A stretch of 63,210 nt of DNA, the filler included, from Platydemus manokwari (lineage: Eukaryota), in assembly GCA_037951405.1 (NCBI GenBank). It is 6 parts of 6 records of this genome, joined end to end, with 100 filler letters (N's around TTAATTAATTAA, not from the genome) between each part and the next. Parts side by side here need not be neighbours in the genome. Positions count along the whole stretch, not along the records: positions 53,531 to 63,210 come from JBBMOY011218988.1; 5 more parts are not named here. One strand, given 5' to 3'. The notes under the pieces are model-generated. The model had not been told where the DNA came from. It did no database searches and saw nothing but the letters and a program-made list of their open reading frames with translations. This document shows, piece by piece, positions 54,455-63,210 of this stretch. The position numbers and the translations under genes were made by a program. Numbering within the stretch: the first letter of the stretch is position 1; every line of letters begins with the position of its first letter.

Positions 54455-54917
54455 TCGAGAAATAGTGGTGTGATCACAATCCATGGCTTTTCCAAGTGCT
54501 CGTGTCGAAACATGAATCATCATGAATCAATTAGTTCAAACAGTCTTCATCAAATTCACTAGGTAGGCCTGATCGAGGTGCATCGTTTAAATAAAAATTG
54601 ACACTGTTAAATTTCGAAAACCACTTATGTGTTGTTCATTCACTGAATTCCTTTTCTCCTTAAACGCAAAAAATCATTCTGCTGACTTCTGCAGCATTAA
54701 ATTTTGAGTAAGATAGAAAAGGAGTAGATGCCGGAAATGTTCAATTTTATCTATCTGGCACTCCATTTTAACGATGGTAATGAAAGTGAAAGTTAGTTTA
54801 AAAGGATTTAAATAGATAATTCAGCTGAATGAATATAACTCAAATCAGTTAAAACAAGAATTGGTCTGTTTTCTTTGCAAAAAATAAAACGACACCAATT
54901 TATGCATCAACCCATTA
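54455..54917 (-). mobile_element. Mariner transposon 5' fragment (TIR + decayed transposase N-terminus)
   Basis: TIR TA-ATGGGTTGATGCATAAATTGGTGTCGTTTT on the minus strand. ATG at 54766: MECQIDKIEHFRHLLLF..KWFSKF..LNDAPRSGLPSEFDED..STRAL..CDHTTI (mariner HTH region). Confidence 0.88.
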
Positions 54918-56277
54918 TCTATCTATTAAAACATGTGTCGATGATAAATATATATTCATTAATACCGGTTTAAATTGCTTTCAAGCGCTAACAATCCGTC
55001 GAAATTTTTTAAGATAATTATTTGGAATATAATTCAACTATCCGATCTTAATGATCACAACACTAGAAATCGATGTTTTATCAGTTATTTTATTGAAATA
55101 CTTGCCATTTAATGATGAATATTTAATGTCTCGTAAAGTATTTTAATGAGTCAAACATGTTTAATGGCTTTTGGAAATATATATAATTTTATAAATTTCA
55201 AATGAAAGATGCCTACTTCCTTGATATTTCTCAACTATCTATAATAATTGATTAATTTGAAATTCTCAATCCAATCTTTATAAATTAACTGCAGTTAATA
55301 ATGGGCGTTCTTCTACCAAACTGGGATTCTTATTTATTCCACTCTATTATATGTATCTAATAGGTTTTTCTGTCATTCCGCTTGATAAATCCAATACTAG
55401 TGTATTTTGGTGAATGAATTGAAAACTCTTTTAAACTTGAATCCGGGAACTAACTAATGAAGATGATAAAACTTTCAGAAAAACTTGAAATGGTGCATGG
55501 ATTTGTTTAACTTTAATCTTATCAGGAAAAGTGTAGGCACTTTATCTTATTAAAAATATAGACATCGATATATGTGATATCCATAAAGTCTGATTTGAAG
55601 AATCGGACACCAGTTACTACTTGCTTTATAAGCCTTCCAATTTCTCTAATTAAAATGAATCGTACAAGTTTTATTGGTCATCTTTTATTATTCATAATAT
55701 GTGATAATTAGTTATTGTTTTCGACGTTTAATCCCAAATAATATCGTGTTCTTATGCAACATATATATACATTATTATATATAATATCATATTTCTTTAA
55801 AATATTTTATTATTATTCGTTATAATAATTTAATTTTTTCTTCCAATGATCTTATAAATAATCTTTATTTTTTTCAAATTCAAATTTCCTATCTATCCTG
55901 CCAGATATTGATTTTAAATTTATCTGATCTAATTTCTTTTCAATCGATGAATCTAATGGAATTGCCCCAGAAATATTTTAAAATTTATTTTTGAATTCAA
56001 TAAAAGGAGCAATGTTTTTTTAATTTTAAATTCACCATGGAATTTTAATTATATTGTTTTAAACTGTTATTATTAACAATTCATTATAAATCATTGAGAA
56101 CCCGAAATCATTAAAATAAATATATTGTCAATATTGTGAGCATTTTTGAATGAACTAAATTTCTGAAGATTTAATTCAAATTTTATATAAAATTATATTA
56201 ATTTGTTTCTATTATTGTATTAAAAATATAATTTCGTGTTGCGGTCTTTCAGTTCGTTTTTAATGCGTGCTTTATAG

Positions 56278-56893
56278 CAATAGTTTTCAATCTTTTTACT
56301 GGAAAGGAACCCCACGAAAATATTCCTGTAGCTCGAGCAATCACTGTGCAATAATTTAATTGTTTTATGCAGAAAACAGCATTTTTTTAAAAAAAGAAAT
56401 GAAAATATTTTTGTTCAGAGTATTGAACATATTTGTTGATGAAATGAAAACAAAATTGAACACGTTTGAATGGACTAAATTTATTCTTATCAAAAACTCA
56501 ATGGCAAATTTGAGCTTGGTGTTTCTTGCATAACTCTTTAAGATTCGGTCGTGTTTTTGACAGACACACACGAAGTTCATCTTCCACAGACAACAATTGT
56601 GCACGTTCTTTGTGTTTGATGGTTGTCGAGTTGAAAATCCAAATTCACACAAATATGAGATTGAAAATTGCACAAGATGCCGCAGCGTGTGTGTGTGTGT
56701 TTCAAATGTAGCGGGTTTAATTATATTAAATTTAGTATATTTAAACAATAAATAAAATAATAATAATAATAATAAAATAGATTTTGGAAATTGAATTTAA
56801 CATGTTGTTTATTTGTTCGTGGTTCTTATTTAGAAATTTAGAAATTGCGGAACCCTTGGAGTGTACTGGTGGGACCCTGGTTGAAAACCACTG
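56278..56893 (-). mobile_element. 616-bp internally deleted hAT (Charlie/Buster-type) element
   Basis: TIRs CAGTGGTTTTCAACC / CAATAGTTTTCAATC; 8-bp TSD CTTTATAG/CTTTATAT. Retains the C-terminal dimerisation region LVQFSISYLCEFGFS..IKHKERAQL..VEDELRVCLSKTRPNLKELC..QAQICH* (frameshifted). Confidence 0.9.
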
Positions 56894-59609
56894 CTTTATA
56901 TAAAGGCTTTGGCTTACAAATATTATCATTTCGAAATTTTCAATTTTATTGGTTTGATCACGCATATTTGTTAATTCGTATACTTTTTAAACTTTCTTTT
57001 TCTTATTTATTTTGTATATTTTCCTTTTCATTTTCGCTTTAATTTATTTCGTATATGTTATTTCATACATATTTCAAATTGTCCTCAAACTAATTTCTAT
57101 TGATCCTGTTAACTCAAAGACCAAAATCCGAAGTCTGCTATAAATTCCAATTTCATTCAATCTTGTAACTAGAAATAAGAACACTTCAGTTACTCCAATG
57201 TATTATATCCTGTTGCAAAAATCAAATCTTTCTAACCCATTCTACAACCAGTTCAAATTATCAATCCAATCCAATCAAAACCAACAAACCGGTAGTATAA
57301 TCAAATAATTATTTGCCCAACAATAAAAATTATTTCATGACCTTATAAAAGTTTGCTTATACATTGTCTACCATTTTATAATTAAATAATCAATTATCTG
57401 TGCGCTTTTCAGTCTGTATTTTTATCTTTATGGTTTGTCAATGAAATGCAATAGTTGATCTTTGAACGATCTTATAATAAATTCAGTTTTGTTCTTCTAT
57501 TATTTATAGAGCGATTTCGTTGAAATTGCCAAAGAAGAATAAAAAAATTACTAATGTAAATTATATAATTTTATTAAATAATTAATAAAATAATAATAAA
57601 ATGATTAAGATTAAAAGAACAAAAAAATTTTAAACAAATAAGTTGTAAAAATTTCCTCGCTAAACAAAGAGGAAATACAAACCGGAAATGATCAATAGCA
57701 ATTAACATAGAAACAGGGTATAAATAAAGAATTGACACAGTAGAATACCAACACTTTGAACAGTATAAATGACACACGTATGACCAGTTATATTAAGGAA
57801 ATTTTCACTGATATTAAATTTTAACCTTTTTCATTACAAGGAGGCCAATATTCTCTTGAGTAGATTTACTGAGTAAGAGTTGTTTATTTTGTCAGACGTA
57901 GGAATTTATTTTCATAAATCAAATTTATGTTTAATTTTCATTTCATGAACGAATATAAAATCTATTGACTTTGCTAATATTATATTATCATTATTATATT
58001 TATCTAACCTTCTTGTCATCTCGCTCTTCTCTAACAATTTCGGAATAATGATAGCCTACTTATATAGCTCATTGGGCATTGGAATAATTCTGTTTTGTTG
58101 TTTTGCTACTAATTAATTCCATTCCTCAAAATTAAATTTTATTAATAGAAATAATTCGTATTGGCAAGCTACTAATATTAGTTCATAAATCGAGTATCAT
58201 CTAGCTTACCTCATAATCTGAATCGCGTTTTTGTGAAACCAGTGGTTATTGTATTTAGCAAATTAAATTAACCATAATTTAGCTTTACCAATTTCAAATA
58301 TCGATGTCTATATGTAATCTAAATAAGCATTATCAGAGTCTCAGAGTTAACATAAATAAAACCTTTATATGCACAATATATTTTCATCTGTATAAGCTTC
58401 AAGCTTACTGATGAAGCCCCAACGAACCGATATCAAAAAATTAAAAATTGACCAACCTTCACATATATAAGTACAGATGCTGCTTTATACATTTCCTTTG
58501 TATAATCACTGAATTATCCTCAATTACTTCAAAATTCTCAAGGATGTCATTTAACTGATGGAGTTTTATAAATATCTTGTAGGTTTATTTTTCTAAAAGC
58601 TCTCTCACCATCTTTGTATTTTTATATCTTCCTTCCCTATATATTCTCTAATATTTTCTCTACGTTTTCTAATAAATTACTATTTCTTATGATTTTAATG
58701 TTACTATTCTTATCTATTATTCTATTACCTTTCTTCTGATTTCATTTTTCGTAAGAAATGATTTCTTCTCCTAGGTAGGTTTTATAGGTAGATTTTTTTC
58801 TAGGTGTTACACTTGTTTGCCATTGCATGATATATTTTTTATGTGGTTCCTGTAGAAATATAGATATATAGTATTATCAATTTACGATAGTGCCCACTGA
58901 CTATCAACCCCCATATTCTCAATTTGAAAGTATATTACTTTATTTAAGAGAAATAGTAGACGACCCAATTAGTAGACTTGTTGTCTACGCTTACTGTTAA
59001 CAAATTTAGTGAATTCGTTGATCATCGTTTATCAATTAAGTTCTCATTCATGTTGGTCTGCTGTTTTTTCGAAAGTTTTCATTTGTATTTTCCGTCTTAA
59101 GCAATACCGGACATTTTCGTTTTAAATCTTGTAATTTCACTTCTGTTTTTCATAAATTCCACACAACCGTTACAATATATTTTTCAATCTGTCTGCCAAG
59201 ATTTTGTTTACAGAACCGTACATAATCGTTATGTTTCAACTTGTATTTTCTAAAAAAGCTATTCACCTTGACAGTATTTTCTTATATTATTGCTATGCCA
59301 ATTCTGGTATCAATTTAGAATTATTTGACTTGGTTAAAGGTGTATTTAGAAAAGATATTCCCTTGAATTTCGATAGGTATTTTCTTTTGGTGTAAAGCTA
59401 TGACTAGGAATTTTCAAAAATATGCATGTCGAGAAATACAAACTTGTTTCAGCAGGGCAGCTTTTCTGTAATTCTTATCTATTCTCTTTTACAGATTGTG
59501 TTTTATTAGAACTTAAGTCTGATTTGATTATGGATTATTTTATTATGTCATTACCTAGCACAGATTTAATTTTGTCCTAAACTAATTACACTGGAGTTTT
59601 GAATTGTTG

Positions 59610-59735
59610 TTGTGGAGTACATATGAAGCAATGTAACACAGATATTGATGGAAATATATCTGGCATAAATGGTGGGCAAAGTACTAACCCAACAGCTCAT
59701 AAAATATTTCGAAGAATTTTACTGTCAAGGTTCTC
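59610..59735 (+). mobile_element. Possible P-element/THAP9 transposase C-terminal remnant
   Basis: GINGGQSTNPTAHKIFRRILL resembles the RxxGGxNxNPTxxxF motif; very short. Confidence 0.3.
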
Positions 59736-62700
59736 TTTTGCTTTCAAAATTTGAAAGTGTGATTAACGTGGCAACCATGAGACAAATGACCAGAATTGCA
59801 ACACTATTTAAGTAGAATCGATAGAAATCACGAAATAATAATATTTTCGATTTATTGATGTTATTTATTTGAGAGTAATTTTATTTTATTTTGAATTTCA
59901 TTATGTTTTTATTGGGAAATAAATAATTCGAATTTTAATATCGAATAAATTAATTTTTAAAAAGCATTTGTTAGGCGAGAATATTTCATTAAGTTGTGCC
60001 GTGAAATAAAACCTAAGATTTTCAACCACAAAAGTAAATTTACAGAAAATATTCAAACAAATCAAATCGATAATTTAAATTTTTGATATGAACATATTTT
60101 ATATTTTTAAAATTACCATTTAAATATTAATTGATTGATGAATAAATCGATATATTTTATTATGTTTCATATGAAGTTAATGCCAGAACTAATTCTACTC
60201 AAACCTATTAACTAGTGAAATTCAAAATTTTCAATTCTGCGAAATTTTAATTCTACTCTAATCCAATAATTCTGCTTGTCTTGATGGGAGTTGGTTAATC
60301 ATGTTTATTCATAATTTATTTAACTCATAGATGTTGTAGCGATTGATCAATATCTACTTTCAAGCATGTTCAACTTGCGGGAAAATTTGATGAGTATGTT
60401 TAGTGTTTTTGCAAAAATCGATCAAGATAAACAGAGAATTTTATAATGATATTAATAATAAAATATAGCATTGCTATTGATGTCTCTGGAAATGTTAATA
60501 ATCATTTTAATTTTATAATAATTCATATGTTATCAGCAGAAAGATCTCCAGATAATTTAGCTTTCTTGTTGTCATATTTGATAATAACATATAAATATAT
60601 ATTATCGCTTCCATTTTCAGTTTGATATTTTTATATAAAATGTTGTAATTAACAGCAGAATGCAAATTTTATTATTTAGTCTTTCATTGTATGATTATGG
60701 GAATACATTTAGGCCATGGTTGGTGAGAACCATAAAGTTGTAAATTGATTTGTTTCAGCCAACGATAAGTGGATGAATTAATTTAAATTATATGATGTAG
60801 AAATATGACAATGGGCCATAAATAAATAAATCTATATTTTCAATTTAAAATCAATTCATGTTGTAAAAAATCAATACTGGCTTCTCAAAACTGTTGGGTG
60901 GATTGCAAATCAATCTAAAGGATTACAAGAACCAAATAAATAACTCTAAAAATGGTCAATACACACAAATCCGATAAGCACATGTGCCGTAAGCTCATAA
61001 GATTCGTTCTAATATTAATCCATATTTATAAGCTAAGAATCAACAGGCACATAAATACAAATAGCAGTAAGATCAAATATCTACCAATGGCTCAAGAGAT
61101 GCGATGTAAATTTCAAGTAGACCGATCAACGAAAAAATTCAGCAAATGGAAAACGAATATCCGTGACATCAGCAAACACATCCCATAAGTCTATAAAAGA
61201 GTTTGAGTTCTACGAATAACAGTCAGTCTTTTTAGTCGGTAACTTGAGTATTGAGTTTATCTTTGTGTGATTTTTAGTAATCGCTGTTTTTGATTACTTT
61301 CTATTATGTTATTGATTTTCGAGTGCTGAATCCCATATCGTCTGATTTGTAACAAAATTTAATTGTAGTTATTGAGATTTCGATTGTGATATTTTGAGTA
61401 ATACATTTTTCAAATCTAAATTGTTGATTAGTATCCCAACAAAACCATAGCAACAAGGCTGCTGAATTACGTCATTCACGAAAAATCATTTGCCAATAAT
61501 CAATCAATAAAATATTTATAATGAATCGAATAAAATCTAGAAAATCATTACAATCAATATTATTATTGATTTTCATATAATGGTCGATATTTTCATATTC
61601 AGATATGGCTAACTCAATTTATTATTCATTATTTTGAGAATATTTATTTATTTGTTTAAATTGAAGTTTTCAATATTCCACTTTGTTGTCAAATATCTTC
61701 GAAAAGGTAAATACAGATTCGATATCCATTAAAACTGATGGATAGAAACTGAATATTTCAATATCGTTATAGATATGAAAATATTCGACCTGCTATTACT
61801 TCATCTAGAGATATCTATTCTTTCTCTCTTGATTTTGATAGAAACCGGTTTGTGAATGACGTGAACAATCAATAATTTACAAATCTCCACTTGTTAAGGT
61901 CCCCTGTACTCCACATTCAGTGATTATTGTTCCACAAGAACGGAAATTCAAAAAAAGCTTAACAATATTGAGGTCAGTGATATATTTACAGATAAAATCT
62001 ATTCTTGGTAATGGTTATTGATAGCTGATACATTTTTATTACATATGACTCGAAAATAAATTTAAGAACATCAACCTACAAAGTAATATTTATTAAAATA
62101 TTCAAACAAATTAAATTAATGATTTATATTTTTTAAAATCAATACAATTTTCTATTTTAAAATCACCATTATAATTAAACTCGATTTGAAAACTCCTGCA
62201 GTATTTAAAAGCTTTTATATTAATAAACTTTGTGGTTTTATCAATAATTAAGATCCTATCTGTTTATTATCCACAATTATCCACTATTCTAATATTTAAC
62301 ATCAATAAAATATATATGTATTCACTGGTCACTAATAATTTCACTAATTCCATTTACATTTCTAAAACTTGCTCATGACTTTTGGAATGATTTAGTTCTG
62401 TCAGTTGTAATAGCTTGAATATTGGGAGAATTTATATCTGTGAGAATATATTTCAATAAAATACCACTGAGCAGCTTCAATTAATATTTTGTATCTGATT
62501 AGCTGGAAATATATGAAAATGATTCCATCCAAACAATATAACATAATTAGTCCCAAGCTGTATCTGTAGAAACCGGATTTTCGACGGATGCATATCAGCA
62601 TATAAGATCTGAGATAGAGTGAAATTCAATATTAATCTAAATTATTATGGAAATATATTCGAAAATTTTCACTTATTGATTAATGGGAGATAAAATTGTG

Positions 62701-63210
62701 AAGAAATTGGATTTCAATATTGCCATGTCAACAAATACACTGGGGACAAATTAAATATACCATATAAATATGCTTAATAAAATCTCGAAGATTTCATATC
62801 AAATGACAATCGTTAAAACCCAAGGAAGAAATGAGTTTCGACTTTTTCAAATCATTTATAATATTGGTTGGGTTTTTAAAAAATACAACTATTTTTATAA
62901 GATTATCTATTAATAATGGAAATATCCCTTTTATTTCATTTATATATTGTCGGCTTAAAAGTTATTATCGATACTTTCTACGCCACTCCGCTTATCTCCA
63001 TATAAGTTGAAAACGCCGAGTCGAAGCAATACCAAAGAATATAGATCATATTACTGTTTATGGGTTAAAACGGACTCTGAGAACTGATCAAATCATAAAT
63101 TTCGATCCAATCAAATAAGAATAATTAAAGAAATAAAAGCAGTGACTCCGCTACGTAACAACAACAATAATAATAATAATAATAATGATAATAATAATAC
63201 TTCTAATAAT

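Noticed and set aside
55556-58314. ~16-bp inverted match ATATAGACATCGATAT
   Set aside because: Does not extend and has no TSD; AT-rich and plausibly chance.
58400-58440. Hammerhead-like CTGATGAAGCCCC...GATA
   Set aside because: Stem II does not pair, GAAA is absent, and stems I and III are not evident.
58440-59590. Possible LINE endonuclease remnant on the minus strand
   Set aside because: Only vague motif resemblance; too decayed to call.
1-63210. CRISPR arrays, rRNA/tRNA genes, prokaryotic operons or defence systems
   Set aside because: No repeat-spacer periodicity or recognisable RNA gene; the genes have spliceosomal introns and are animal-type.

Overview
Very AT-rich eukaryotic (animal) genomic DNA. 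A flatworm/planarian origin is plausible from the 44-53 bp introns and the transposon repertoire, but that is inference only. The window is six contigs joined by an artificial 100-bp linker (N44-TTAATTAATTAA-N44), so neighbouring contigs need not be adjacent in the genome. Spliced host genes, mostly cut off by contig ends: the 3' end of a MYPT/PPP1R12-like gene (-), the 5' part of an alkaline phosphatase (-), an SK/KCNN Ca2+-activated K+ channel with an unusual GYGE filter (+), and a dihydropyrimidinase/CRMP(UNC-33)-like gene (-) in which four metal ligands are all replaced by Asn. There is also an intronless 4-TM claudin-like ORF and a small single-pass orphan ORF. The rest is mostly decayed mobile DNA: two NeSL/R5-type non-LTR retrotransposons (one with a clear Ulp1/SUMO-type cysteine protease; the other has the restriction-like endonuclease and a hairpin-rich 5' end), a Penelope-like element, a CR1/L2-like LINE, Gypsy fragments, mariner pieces, hAT and Sola-like MITEs with target-site duplications (TSDs), and microsatellites. 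No rRNA, tRNA or CRISPR array was recognised.
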